A DNA stretch of 64,000 bases from a virus (Duplodnaviria > Caudoviricetes): the IMG/VR virus record IMGVR_UViG_3300020434_000055, one strand, 5' to 3'. The translations under genes were made by a program, and so were the position numbers. This document shows, one piece after another, positions 10,621-20,313 of this stretch (its first letter is position 1; each line of letters starts with the position of its first letter). Below the pieces are notes generated by a model. It was given only the letters and a program-made list of their open reading frames with translations. It did not search any database and was not told the origin of the DNA.

Positions 10621-12387
10621 ATGAGTACATTATGGAGTGTTAGAACCGGTCATAATTTAGGAACCTATCAAGAAAAGGTTCCGACTACCATCAATCTACC
10701 AACAGTTGGCACTATTGTTACTGAATTATTAGCAGGAACATTACCGGCAGGAACAAGATTAGAAAATAATACAATTACAGGTACATTTTTTGAAGTACCA
10801 AGAGATACAGAATATAAATTTGTTATAAGAGGAACAAAACTAATAATTAATAATCCAAGTGAAACAGAAGATAGAACTTTTACTGTTAATGTCCAAGGAC
10901 CAGATGTTCCATTATGGATTACCCCTGAAGGATCTTTACCTATTGGAGCAAATGCCCAATTATTCATACTAGACAGTTCTTATGTAGATTTTCAATTACA
11001 AACTATTGATTCAGATTTAAGTACAGGTAGTACTTTAAAATATTACATTCCTAACGATGGAGGTGAGTTACCCCCAGGAATTACATTAAGCGAAGATGGA
11101 AAATTAAGTGGAATAGTAGATCCTATATTAGCATTAGACATTAATTCAAGTACAGGATTTTATGATTCAAATAATTATTCAGTTTATCCATTTGACTTTG
11201 GTAACATAGGCGCCTATCCGGCTAGTAGTTATTATTTTGACGTTGAACAAAATTATGCATTCTTTAATCAAAATAATAAAATAAAATCTCCTAGAAAACT
11301 TAATAGATATTATGAATTTAAAGTAAATGTAACCGATGGTGATACTATTACAACTAGATTATTTCAAATATTTGTTATTGGTGATGATTTCCTAAGAGCA
11401 GATAATACTATTATGCAAGTTGGCTCTGGAATTTTTACTTCAGATGGAACATATTTAAGAGAACCAAGATGGTTAACTCCTCGTGATATAGGTTATAAGA
11501 GAGCAAATAATTATGTAACTATTTTTCTTGATTTATATGATCCTAATACATTACCAGGAACAATATCTTATATATTAGAACATAAAAATGATGATGATAC
11601 TGATAGCAAATTACCTGAAGGTATGACCTTAGATGTTAAAACAGGAGAAATAGCTGGTCGAGTACCTTACCAACCTACAGTTACAAAAGAATATAAATTT
11701 ACTGTAACTGCATTAAGATATGACTTACAGTCAGAATTAGTTGCTGTTCCAATAAATCCATATGAAGATCAACTACGAGGTTCAGGAGATTTAAAAATAG
11801 CAAAATTACCATTAGGAACTGCTGATGGTATAAAAGATTTAGAATCATTAAAAACTCAAACAATAATGATTAATGGTAATGAATTTGTAGTTCAAGGAGT
11901 TAATGGTGAAAATGAAAAATATGATACATTATCTCTTGATAAAAGTTTAATTGGAGAAGAACTTCACGTTTATACAGGGATAGTGTATGATCCAGCGACT
12001 TACTTAACCAACCCTACAGAAATTACTAGAGCTAACAATGAAATTTTTGTTTATAATAGAGTAGACAAAGACAAGTACATTGGTAGAACATTAAAATTTA
12101 GCGATTCAGAAAAATATGAAATTGAAAGCATTGAAACGGTATTAGCTGAAGGGAAACCAGCAGATCAAAATATTGCAAACGCAACTGCAATGGAAAAATT
12201 AGTTCTTAATACAAGTATTACTAGAAGTTTTGTAAACAATGAAAATATTAGTATTGGGGCATTCAAAGGAAAAACTACATTTAAACAATTTGTTGTAGGA
12301 TCCACAGATACACAACCTCAAGCAACTAAAACATTTACAGTTAACATATTAGGAGAAATTGACAGTACTATATCATGGGTGACGTAA
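10621..12387 (+). CDS. Baseplate/virion protein with putative Ig-like (He_PIG-type) domains, N-terminal part of a frameshifted gene
   Basis: Repeated G.LPPG..L...G.(L/I).G motifs; ends abruptly at ISWVT-stop, overlapping the next ORF. Confidence 0.65.
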   Translation: MSTLWSVRTGHNLGTYQEKVPTTINLPTVGTIVTELLAGTLPAGTRLENNTITGTFFEVPRDTEYKFVIRGTKLIINNPSETEDRTFTVNVQGPDVPLWITPEGSLPIGANAQLFILDSSYVDFQLQTIDSDLSTGSTLKYYIPNDGGELPPGITLSEDGKLSGIVDPILALDINSSTGFYDSNNYSVYPFDFGNIGAYPASSYYFDVEQNYAFFNQNNKIKSPRKLNRYYEFKVNVTDGDTITTRLFQIFVIGDDFLRADNTIMQVGSGIFTSDGTYLREPRWLTPRDIGYKRANNYVTIFLDLYDPNTLPGTISYILEHKNDDDTDSKLPEGMTLDVKTGEIAGRVPYQPTVTKEYKFTVTALRYDLQSELVAVPINPYEDQLRGSGDLKIAKLPLGTADGIKDLESLKTQTIMINGNEFVVQGVNGENEKYDTLSLDKSLIGEELHVYTGIVYDPATYLTNPTEITRANNEIFVYNRVDKDKYIGRTLKFSDSEKYEIESIETVLAEGKPADQNIANATAMEKLVLNTSITRSFVNNENISIGAFKGKTTFKQFVVGSTDTQPQATKTFTVNILGEIDSTISWVT

Positions 12388-13745
12388 CCGCAACAAATCT
12401 TGGAAGTATTAAAGCAAATTACATTAGTACTTTTAAAGTAGAAGCTACAAGTACAGTGCCAGACGCTAAAATGAAATACTTTTTAACGTCGGGTGAATTG
12501 CCGCCTGGACTTGTTTTATCTATTAATGGTGAAATAATAGGTACTGTAAGACAATTTTCTTCAGGAAATTCAGGTGGGTTAACATTCTTTGAAGATAATT
12601 TAACTTTTGATGGTGATACTACGTCTATTGATAGAGTATTCACATTTACTATAACCGCTAGAGATAGATATGGGTTTAGTGCTGTACCTAAAACTTTTTC
12701 AATATCTGTTATAGTCGAAGGAAGCACTTTATACAGTAATTTATATGTTCAACCTTCACTTCAGTCAACACAACGAGATGCATTTAAATCATTTATTTCA
12801 GATCCTAATATATTTAATCCTGCATCTGTTTATAGAGAAACTGATTCTACATTTGGAGTACAAAAAAAATTAAGAATGTTAATATATGCAGGAATAGAAA
12901 GAAAAACAATTGATCATTATGTTTCTGCAACTGCTTCTAATCATAAAAGAAAAAAATATAGACTAGGTGAAATAAAAACTGCTGTAGCCAAATATCCTGG
13001 TACGCATGATATAGCCTATGAAGTAGTATATATAAATGTTATAGATCCAATGGATGACGGCTCAGGCAAAGTTCCAAAAACTGTTTTAACTCCAGAGGGA
13101 CAAAAACTTTTAATAAATCATACTCAAATTGAAGTAAATGATGATTCTACAAAACTAAATGTAGGAGGTTCTTCATATACAATATTCCTTCAAAATAATG
13201 AAGCAATATCAACCCAAGCTATTGGGGAAGATTTACAAATTTATGCAAGAGCTGGTCGACTTTTCTTAGATGTAATTAATGGTACCCTTTCAGTTACATT
13301 AGTTGATGGTAGTACTGTACTAGATGTAGGAACTGTATCTATTAATAATGCAGATCCTTTTAGATTCAGACCAAAAAATGGCGTAATAAAAGTGGATACA
13401 AATCTAATAAAAACAAATACACTTCACAACAACTTAAAATACCTTAGTAATACGTCTAATATGAGAAATACTATTAAAGGGATAGGAACTACAGCATCAG
13501 AATTTTTACCTCTTTGGATGAGAACTGCTCAAGAAGGTACAATTCAACAACTAGGGTATATAACAGCTATTCCACTATGTTATTGTAAGACAGGTACTAG
13601 TCAAACCATAGCATCTGCTGTTAAAAATAGTAGTTTCGATTTTAGTCAATTAAACTTTGAAATAGATAGATACATAGTAGATAATACTACAGGAAATGAC
13701 ACAGAACAATACGTACTCTTTCCTGATTATGACTATAACATATAA
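12375..13745 (+). CDS. Baseplate/virion protein, C-terminal part continuing 10621..12387 in the -1 frame
   Basis: Same GELPPGLVLS..GEIIG motif; no Shine-Dalgarno at normal spacing before ATG 12375. Confidence 0.6.
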   Translation: MGDVTATNLGSIKANYISTFKVEATSTVPDAKMKYFLTSGELPPGLVLSINGEIIGTVRQFSSGNSGGLTFFEDNLTFDGDTTSIDRVFTFTITARDRYGFSAVPKTFSISVIVEGSTLYSNLYVQPSLQSTQRDAFKSFISDPNIFNPASVYRETDSTFGVQKKLRMLIYAGIERKTIDHYVSATASNHKRKKYRLGEIKTAVAKYPGTHDIAYEVVYINVIDPMDDGSGKVPKTVLTPEGQKLLINHTQIEVNDDSTKLNVGGSSYTIFLQNNEAISTQAIGEDLQIYARAGRLFLDVINGTLSVTLVDGSTVLDVGTVSINNADPFRFRPKNGVIKVDTNLIKTNTLHNNLKYLSNTSNMRNTIKGIGTTASEFLPLWMRTAQEGTIQQLGYITAIPLCYCKTGTSQTIASAVKNSSFDFSQLNFEIDRYIVDNTTGNDTEQYVLFPDYDYNI

Positions 13746-13770
13746 GATAAATAATATTAGGATATAAAAT

Positions 13771-14328
13771 ATGGCAAGTAATATAGACACAACTAGCATA
13801 GATGCAACATTTCCAGTAGCTGGACAAGACAATAACAGCCAAGGATTTAGAGACAATTTCAACGTTTCTAAGAACAATTTCACGGCGGCTAAATCAGAAA
13901 TTGAAACTTTACAAACTAATACTGCAAAATTAAATGCATCAAACAACTTTGCAGGTAATGAAGTTAGTGGTGCTACATTTAAAGGCAATTATACAAAACA
14001 TTTTGATGGTGGTAGTGTATCTGCCGGACAAAATGTAAGTATGTCTAGTGGTAATTTTCAAACTTTTTCAATTAGTGCCGATCTTACATTAACATTAGCA
14101 GATTGGTCTACTCAAGAAGATGTTTCACAAAGTTTAATAGTTCAAGTAGTAAGTGATGGTTCATCTCGTGCATTAACATGGGCCGCTGATGGTGGAAGTA
14201 TAAAAGGTGAAACAAATTTTACCTCTACAACAGCTATTACTAGTGCAGGAGATCCTTTTATCTTTGAATTCTGGACATATGATAATGGTACAACTGTATT
14301 TGCTAGAAATCTTGGCGAATTTAGTTAA
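13771..14328 (+). CDS. Putative virion structural protein
   Basis: Preceded by a late-type promoter; N-terminal FPVAGQDNNSQGFRDNF followed by a short coiled coil and a beta-rich C-terminus. Confidence 0.5.
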   Translation: MASNIDTTSIDATFPVAGQDNNSQGFRDNFNVSKNNFTAAKSEIETLQTNTAKLNASNNFAGNEVSGATFKGNYTKHFDGGSVSAGQNVSMSSGNFQTFSISADLTLTLADWSTQEDVSQSLIVQVVSDGSSRALTWAADGGSIKGETNFTSTTAITSAGDPFIFEFWTYDNGTTVFARNLGEFS

Positions 14329-14340
14329 TATGAATAATTT

Positions 14341-14586
14341 ATGCCAGATAATAACATCCATCCATTAAACAACGACTTATCAAAACTTTCTATAGCACAA
14401 ATAGAACAAAAATTAAGTGAATTAAGAACAAAATATTTTAGAGCTAAAAATCCTCAACTTCGACAACAATTAAATTTCTTTATAATAGATTTTAATGAAG
14501 AATTAAAGACTAGAGTAGCCAAAGAACAAGCAAAATTGGCTAAGGAGTCTGGAAAAGATCTTGACAATCTCATCAATATAGATTAA
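14341..14586 (+). CDS. Hypothetical helical protein
   Basis: ORF in operon context. Confidence 0.5.
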   Translation: MPDNNIHPLNNDLSKLSIAQIEQKLSELRTKYFRAKNPQLRQQLNFFIIDFNEELKTRVAKEQAKLAKESGKDLDNLINID

Positions 14587-14589
14587 AAT
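14561..14589 (+). promoter_or_regulatory. Sigma70-type promoter
   Basis: TTGACA-17-TAAAAT. Confidence 0.7.
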
Positions 14590-14595
14590 ATATAA

Positions 14596-15117
14596 ATGCA
14601 AATAGATTCTTTAGGATTACCAAAATATGGTACGGATGATTTAATGGACCTTATCTATAAAGGTCAAGAAGACTTATTGTTTAATGTATTATCTGATGTT
14701 AATGAAGAAACAGAAAAATTTAATAAAGCTGTAGACTTAACAGGTGCAGGACAACATCTTAAATTTTATAAATCACTAGATATAGATTTAAAATCATTTG
14801 ATAAACTTTTACAAAATGAATGGTTTATGCCTAATAGCTATAAAAGTTTTGATATAGAAAAATACATTCGTAACGTATGTCCAAATAATCAAAATAGTAT
14901 AAAAAGAGTAGAAGATGAGTTAAAAGCATTTAAAGAAATGGGTTATACAAATTTATTAAGATTTTTACACTATCTTGTAAATTTCATGAAAGAAAACAAT
15001 GTAATATGGGGTGTAGGACGAGGAAGTTCAGTAGCAAGTTATGTATTATACTTGCTAGGTGTCCATAAAATAGATTCATTAAAATATAATCTAAATTGGC
15101 GTGAGTTCCTTCGATAA
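14596..15117 (+). CDS. Stand-alone fragment of DNA polymerase III alpha (DnaE-like)
   Basis: RVEDEL..F..MGY..L...VNFMKENNVIWGVGRGSSVASYVLYLLGVHKID is the DnaE GRGS region; the protein ends before the catalytic D-x-D. Confidence 0.8.
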   Translation: MQIDSLGLPKYGTDDLMDLIYKGQEDLLFNVLSDVNEETEKFNKAVDLTGAGQHLKFYKSLDIDLKSFDKLLQNEWFMPNSYKSFDIEKYIRNVCPNNQNSIKRVEDELKAFKEMGYTNLLRFLHYLVNFMKENNVIWGVGRGSSVASYVLYLLGVHKIDSLKYNLNWREFLR

Positions 15118-15147
15118 ATATATACATAATAATACTAGGAGAATAAA

Positions 15148-15507
15148 ATGGCAGTAAAGCAAACAGGACAAAAAGTTTACCGTACAATGCAGGGAAAACC
15201 GGTTGATATGGATCTGTTAAGAAAAAGATATGAATTAACCCCAGCAGTAGGTAATGCTAAAGTTAATGCTAGAGGTGACGAATTGGGTGCCGGTGGCAAA
15301 ATTATTCGTAAAAGAGAAGAAGTTTTAGCAGATTACTATAGAGATCATCCTAAAGCTGTTCCAGACGTTAAAATAGCTGAAGCAACACAACCAAAAACAA
15401 AAAAAGCCGAAGTAAAAGTCGAAGTAAAAGCCGAAGAACCAAAAACTGAAGCTAAAAAAGAAAATGAATGGGTTGAAGATGCAGACGGTAATTTTGTTAA
15501 AAAATAA
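15148..15507 (+). CDS. Hypothetical late protein
   Basis: Good RBS (AGGAG) and upstream GATAAATA. Confidence 0.55.
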   Translation: MAVKQTGQKVYRTMQGKPVDMDLLRKRYELTPAVGNAKVNARGDELGAGGKIIRKREEVLADYYRDHPKAVPDVKIAEATQPKTKKAEVKVEVKAEEPKTEAKKENEWVEDADGNFVKK

Positions 15508-15523
15508 AGATTAAAATACTCTA

Positions 15524-15922
15524 ATGTTCGAACGCCAGAACAATCTTAAAATCTATAAAGGCAAAATAACACCTATCCATGACAGAGTTTTAGTTTCTGA
15601 CATGGATTTCGGGGATCAAAAAACCAAAGGTGGACTTATTATTGCAAGTGACGACGGACATACTCGAGGTATCAAACCTAGATGGTGTAAAGTAGTTTCT
15701 AAAGGTCACAAAAATAAAGACACATACAAAGAAGGAGACTGGATCTTAGTCGAACACGGACGATGGTCAAGGGGTCTCCATTTTGAAAGTAAAAACGGAA
15801 AAGTCAAAGTTCTTCGAATTGTTGAAGCCAAAGCAGTAATGATGACTGGCAATTATAAACCAAAAGATTGGTACCAAGCCAGATTAAAATATAGCCCTGC
15901 CGGCGAACTCCTAGAAAAATAA
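15524..15922 (+). CDS. groES: GroES/Cpn10-like co-chaperonin
   Basis: ITPIHDRVLV...KTKGGLII...KVVSKG...GDWILV matches the Cpn10 pattern. Confidence 0.8.
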   Translation: MFERQNNLKIYKGKITPIHDRVLVSDMDFGDQKTKGGLIIASDDGHTRGIKPRWCKVVSKGHKNKDTYKEGDWILVEHGRWSRGLHFESKNGKVKVLRIVEAKAVMMTGNYKPKDWYQARLKYSPAGELLEK

Positions 15923-15926
15923 TTAC

Positions 15927-15955
15927 TTGACTGTAGACATTCTTTATCATATACT
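15927..15955 (+). promoter_or_regulatory. Sigma70-type promoter
   Basis: TTGACT-17-TATACT. Confidence 0.7.
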
Positions 15956-15961
15956 ACATAT

Positions 15962-16132
15962 ATGAGATTACCAGAGCCAAAAAATTCCGGAATTAACACA
16001 ACAGGGTTAACAGGTATAGTATTAATGACTCTCCATTTAACTGGTGTAATTACTGGTTGGTATTGGATTGTGTTATATGTTATACTAATACTATCTGGAA
16101 TAGGACAAGAATACAAAAAGACGATATATTAA
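15962..16132 (+). CDS. Small membrane protein (56 aa, not in ORF track)
   Basis: MRLPEPKNSGINTTGLTGIVLMTLHLTGVITGWYWIVLYVILILSGIGQEYKKTIY; follows a sigma70 promoter and abuts the next ATG. Confidence 0.6.
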   Translation: MRLPEPKNSGINTTGLTGIVLMTLHLTGVITGWYWIVLYVILILSGIGQEYKKTIY

Positions 16133-17047
16133 ATGCAAGAGTTATGGGTAGAAAAGTATAGACCTAAAACTGTTGATCAATATGTTTTTAGAGATGATCA
16201 TCAGAGGAAACAGGTCCACCAATGGTTGAAAGAAAAGACAATTCCACATCTTTTATTTTCAGGCACAGCAGGTATAGGTAAAACTACACTTGCAAAAGTT
16301 CTTTTAAATGAATTACAAGTTAATGATCTTGATGTAATAGAAATAAATGCAAGTAGAACAAATTCTGTTGACGAAGTAAGAACAAGAATCATTAATTTTG
16401 TACAAATGATTCCGTTTGGTGAGTTTAAAGTAGTATTACTAGACGAAGCAGACTATCTAAGTCCAAATGCACAGGCGGCGTTACGTGGTGTAATGGAAGA
16501 ATACCACACAACATCAAGATTTATATTAACTTGCAACTATCCTAATAGAGTTATACCAGCACTTCACAGCAGATGTCAAGGTTTTCATATAGAAAGAATT
16601 GATCAAACAGAATTTACAGCAAGGGTGGCAGAAATTTTAATGCAAGAAGGTGTTACACCCGATCTTAACACATTAGACACTTATGTAAAAGCAACTTATC
16701 CTGATTTAAGAAAATGTATTAATACTGTACAAATGAATACGCAAGAAGGACAGTTAATTGAACCACAAAAAGCAGATACAGGTGATTTAGATTACAAATT
16801 ACAAATGGTTGAACTGTTTAAAGCAGGAAAAATAACAGAAGCAAGAAAATTAGTATGTAGTCAAGCAAGGCCAGACGAAATAGAAGACATATATAAGTGG
16901 TTATACGACAATATTAGTTTATTTGGGGACGAACAAAAACAAGAAAAAGCAATATTAATTATTAAACAAGGATTAGTGGATCATTCATTTGTTGCAGATC
17001 CCGAAATTAATTTATCTGCAACTATGATTAAGTTACAAAATCTCTAA
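16133..17047 (+). CDS. Clamp loader AAA+ subunit (gp44/RFC small-like)
   Basis: LWVEKYRP, Walker A GTAGIGKT, Walker B LLDEAD, SRC motif. Confidence 0.93.
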   Translation: MQELWVEKYRPKTVDQYVFRDDHQRKQVHQWLKEKTIPHLLFSGTAGIGKTTLAKVLLNELQVNDLDVIEINASRTNSVDEVRTRIINFVQMIPFGEFKVVLLDEADYLSPNAQAALRGVMEEYHTTSRFILTCNYPNRVIPALHSRCQGFHIERIDQTEFTARVAEILMQEGVTPDLNTLDTYVKATYPDLRKCINTVQMNTQEGQLIEPQKADTGDLDYKLQMVELFKAGKITEARKLVCSQARPDEIEDIYKWLYDNISLFGDEQKQEKAILIIKQGLVDHSFVADPEINLSATMIKLQNL

Positions 17048-18397
17048 ATGTGCGGAATAGTTGGAATATATAATGTTCCAGAGGCTTCTAAAATTGCAGT
17101 ACTCGGAATTCATGCTTTGCAACACCGAGGTCAAGAAGGAGCTGGTATTATTTCATACGATAATGACTTTCATTTTCAAAATTCTTACGGTTTAGTTGAT
17201 CATATTTTTAGTAAAAACAGAATTATAGAAAATCTACCAGGTAATATGGCAATAGGCCACGTTAGATACAGTACTACTGGTGGTACAGGTAAAAATAATG
17301 TTCAACCTTTATTTTATAATTTAGACTTTGGTGGTTTTGCTATTTCTCATAACGGAGATTTTACTGATTCAGTATATTGGCGAGACAAATTAAGAAAAGA
17401 TGGTGCAATATTTCAAACATCTACCGATACAGAAATTATTCCACATTTATTGGCCCGTACAAAAGGAACAGATCCTATTAATCGTTTACTTAAGGTATTA
17501 AATCAAGTAAATGGTGCATTTAGTATAGTGGCTTTGCTTAATAACAAGTTAATTGTTGCACGAGATACTCATGGCTTTCGTCCATTAGTTATAGGTCGTT
17601 ATAAACAAGGTTATGCAGTAGCATCTGAGAGCTGTTCTCTTGATTTAATTGGTGCAACAAATATTAAAGACGTTGACCCCGGAGAAGTACTTGTATTTGA
17701 AGATGAAAAAAAGAAAATTTATCATTTAGACAATAAAATTACAAAAAATTTTTGTATATTTGAACACGTATATTTTTCTAGACCTGATTCTATTATAGAT
17801 GACCAATTAGTATATGACGTTCGTAAAAGAATAGGTGAACAATTAGCAAAAGAAACTTATATTGATTCTGATATGGTTGTTCCTGTACCTGATTCAGGTT
17901 TAATATCTGCACTTGGATATGCTAAACAATCAAAAATTCCTTTTGAATTTGGACTTACGCGAAGTCACTACGTAGGAAGAACATTTATTCAACCCACTCA
18001 AACAATACGAGACTTAGGTGTAAAATTAAAACATAGTGCTATGCGATTATTTGAAGATAAAACAGTTACCGTTATTGATGATTCTATTGTTCGAGGAACT
18101 ACAGCAAAAAAAATTATAAAAATGATAAGAAAAGCAGGTGCTAAAAAAATTCATATGCGTATTGCATCTCCACCGGTTACTGGTCCATGTTGGTATGGTA
18201 TAGATACACCAAATAGACAAGAACTTATAGCTGGAACCAGTAGTGAAAAAGAAATTAAAGAATTTATAACGGCTGATTCACTAAAATACATATCAGTAGA
18301 AGGATTACATAAAGCAGTAAAAGGTAAAGGTTACTGTGATGCTTGTTTTAGTGGCAAATATCCTATTAATAAAAGGACTGAATTACATGAACGTTAA
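17048..18397 (+). CDS. purF: Amidophosphoribosyltransferase
   Basis: N-terminal MCG (Ntn Cys), QHRGQE, GHVRYST, PVPDSG, IDDSIVRGTT, C-terminal CDACFSG. Confidence 0.96.
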   Translation: MCGIVGIYNVPEASKIAVLGIHALQHRGQEGAGIISYDNDFHFQNSYGLVDHIFSKNRIIENLPGNMAIGHVRYSTTGGTGKNNVQPLFYNLDFGGFAISHNGDFTDSVYWRDKLRKDGAIFQTSTDTEIIPHLLARTKGTDPINRLLKVLNQVNGAFSIVALLNNKLIVARDTHGFRPLVIGRYKQGYAVASESCSLDLIGATNIKDVDPGEVLVFEDEKKKIYHLDNKITKNFCIFEHVYFSRPDSIIDDQLVYDVRKRIGEQLAKETYIDSDMVVPVPDSGLISALGYAKQSKIPFEFGLTRSHYVGRTFIQPTQTIRDLGVKLKHSAMRLFEDKTVTVIDDSIVRGTTAKKIIKMIRKAGAKKIHMRIASPPVTGPCWYGIDTPNRQELIAGTSSEKEIKEFITADSLKYISVEGLHKAVKGKGYCDACFSGKYPINKRTELHER

Positions 18398-19013
18398 ATT
18401 AATTGATAAAATGGGTACTGACCTAACAGTAGTAAATGCCGCTAGGGTTTCTTATGCAAAAACTAAAGAACAATTTGAAGATAAAGACGAAAAACTAATT
18501 GCATTTTTGGCTAAACATAATCATTGGTCACCGTTTGGACACGCATCACTACAATTTAGAATAAAAGCACCTGTGTTTGTTGCAAGACAACTTGTTAAGC
18601 ATCAAGTTGGACTAATATGGAATGAAGTTAGTAGACGTTATGTAGATTATCCACCTGAATTGTTTAATCCAGAGTCATGGAGAGGTCGTCCTATTAATTC
18701 TAAACAAGGTTCTGCTGGTGAAGTTAAACTTGATAGAACATTACAACATCTTTATTCAACTGCTATGGAACAATGTAAAATTTTATACCATGCTTTGATC
18801 GGAAAAAACATCGCACCCGAACAAGCACGAATGGTATTACCTCAATCAATGATGACTGAATGGTATTGGTCAGGAAGTTTATATGCATTTGCTAGAGTAT
18901 GCAATTTAAGATGTAAACCTGACGTACAAAAAGAAACTAGAGAGGTTTGTGAGCAAATTTCTACAGAATGCGGTAAGTACTTTCCTATTAGTTGGAAATA
19001 TTTGAGAAATTAA
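18387..19013 (+). CDS. thyX: Flavin-dependent thymidylate synthase
   Basis: VNAARVS, HWSPF, VARQLVKHQ...NEVSRRY, PEQARMVLP; start placed at ATG 18387. Confidence 0.93.
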   Translation: MNVKLIDKMGTDLTVVNAARVSYAKTKEQFEDKDEKLIAFLAKHNHWSPFGHASLQFRIKAPVFVARQLVKHQVGLIWNEVSRRYVDYPPELFNPESWRGRPINSKQGSAGEVKLDRTLQHLYSTAMEQCKILYHALIGKNIAPEQARMVLPQSMMTEWYWSGSLYAFARVCNLRCKPDVQKETREVCEQISTECGKYFPISWKYLRN

Positions 19014-19015
19014 TA

Positions 19016-19336
19016 ATGTATAGACCATTACCAGACGGAATAACAATTAAAAATTCAAACGTACAAGGCCTTGGCTTGTTTGCTACTAAAGATTTTGATG
19101 TTGATGTAATTCTCGGCGTGATTCACATTAAAAACAAAAATTTTCCACACGGTTATATTAGAACTGCCTTAGGAGCATTTTATAATCATTCAGATGAGCC
19201 TAATTGTAAAAATACAGAAGGTTTCTGGCATCAATTACCTGTAAAATATCTTGTAACAATTAAACCTATTAAAGCAGGAGATGAATTAACAGCCAATTAT
19301 ACTTTATATCGAGACTTTGACGAGAAAGGAGAATAA
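19016..19336 (+). CDS. SET-domain protein (putative lysine methyltransferase)
   Basis: GLGLFA, FYNHSDEPN, IKAGDELTANY motifs. Confidence 0.85.
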   Translation: MYRPLPDGITIKNSNVQGLGLFATKDFDVDVILGVIHIKNKNFPHGYIRTALGAFYNHSDEPNCKNTEGFWHQLPVKYLVTIKPIKAGDELTANYTLYRDFDEKGE

Positions 19337-19443
19337 TGTTAGAAGAATGGATAATAAGAATTATACTTGTTATTCTAGGAAGTATAGCATTGTTGGTTTT
19401 GATACAATTAATTGTCAATATAGTCACCGGTGTTTATGTATAA
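19336..19443 (+). CDS. 35-aa single-TM peptide (not in ORF track)
   Basis: AGGAG RBS; MLEEWIIRIILVILGSIALLVLIQLIVNIVTGVYV. Confidence 0.45.
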   Translation: MLEEWIIRIILVILGSIALLVLIQLIVNIVTGVYV

Positions 19444-19750
19444 AGCAAGTCACATACTAGTAAGCCATTCAGAAGCAGTAAGTTCTACAAGAACAATGTG
19501 TAGGGAAGAAGCATTGTTTTTAGCAGGTGCAATTAGTGAAGAAATAAGAACAGGCAAGTATACTTTTGATCAAGCCGCAAAAATTTATAGTGATTGTCCT
19601 AGTGGACAGGCAAACAGTGGAAATTTAGGAACTTTTCCAGCCAATAGAATGGATAAAGATTTTATAACATATTTAGATAACTTAAAACCTGGTGAAACTA
19701 GTGGTCCTTGCCCTACTATATATGGTTTTCACCTTATAAGAAGAAACTAA
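19436..19750 (+). CDS. Parvulin-type peptidyl-prolyl isomerase
   Basis: ASHILV, FDQAAKIYSDCPS, GNLGTF, SGPCPTIYGFHLI. Confidence 0.9.
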   Translation: MYKASHILVSHSEAVSSTRTMCREEALFLAGAISEEIRTGKYTFDQAAKIYSDCPSGQANSGNLGTFPANRMDKDFITYLDNLKPGETSGPCPTIYGFHLIRRN

Positions 19751-19782
19751 TCAATAGATAAATAGTAAAAAAGGTACCTTAT

Positions 19783-20313
19783 ATGCAAGATACAGTAGAT
19801 GTTATAAAAACAGTTCAAAATGTGTTTGACAATGACACCGCTTTCACGGTACTCAAGGACTTTGAAAGAGTACTTGATGAATTAGACCTTTATGTATATG
19901 ATAATTGGGAAAATGGTGAATTAGCATCAGGTCCAAACATTAAAAGACACTTTGTATCATGCACTTTTATGTGGGATCGAGATAAAATGCCAGATCCTAC
20001 AGGTGGTCAAAGATTAACTGATTACGATTGCAAAGTATATTACAAAAAAGATCAATTTGTTTTTCCTAGACAAATAATAGAGCCTGGAGATATGCGAACA
20101 GGAACTAAAAAAGGTAAAATGGATAAAAGACCTATATGGTTAGTAGAAATTATGATGCCTAAAGAATTAATCCGAAGCATATACAGTGGTTATGAAGCAG
20201 AAACTGACTACTCTAAAGACCCAGCAACAGCAGAAGAAATTCCAGTAGATCAAAATATAGATGCTGGTATAGAACCAGTAGCAGAACCCGATGCTCCTGA
20301 AGGAGAAATTTAA
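19783..20313 (+). CDS. Hypothetical late protein
   Basis: Long ORF after GATAAATA. Confidence 0.55.
   Translation: MQDTVDVIKTVQNVFDNDTAFTVLKDFERVLDELDLYVYDNWENGELASGPNIKRHFVSCTFMWDRDKMPDPTGGQRLTDYDCKVYYKKDQFVFPRQIIEPGDMRTGTKKGKMDKRPIWLVEIMMPKELIRSIYSGYEAETDYSKDPATAEEIPVDQNIDAGIEPVAEPDAPEGEI

Noticed and set aside
12361-12400. Programmed -1 ribosomal frameshift
   Set aside because: No X XXY YYZ slippery site or obvious downstream structure; the 5-nt duplication explains the break better.
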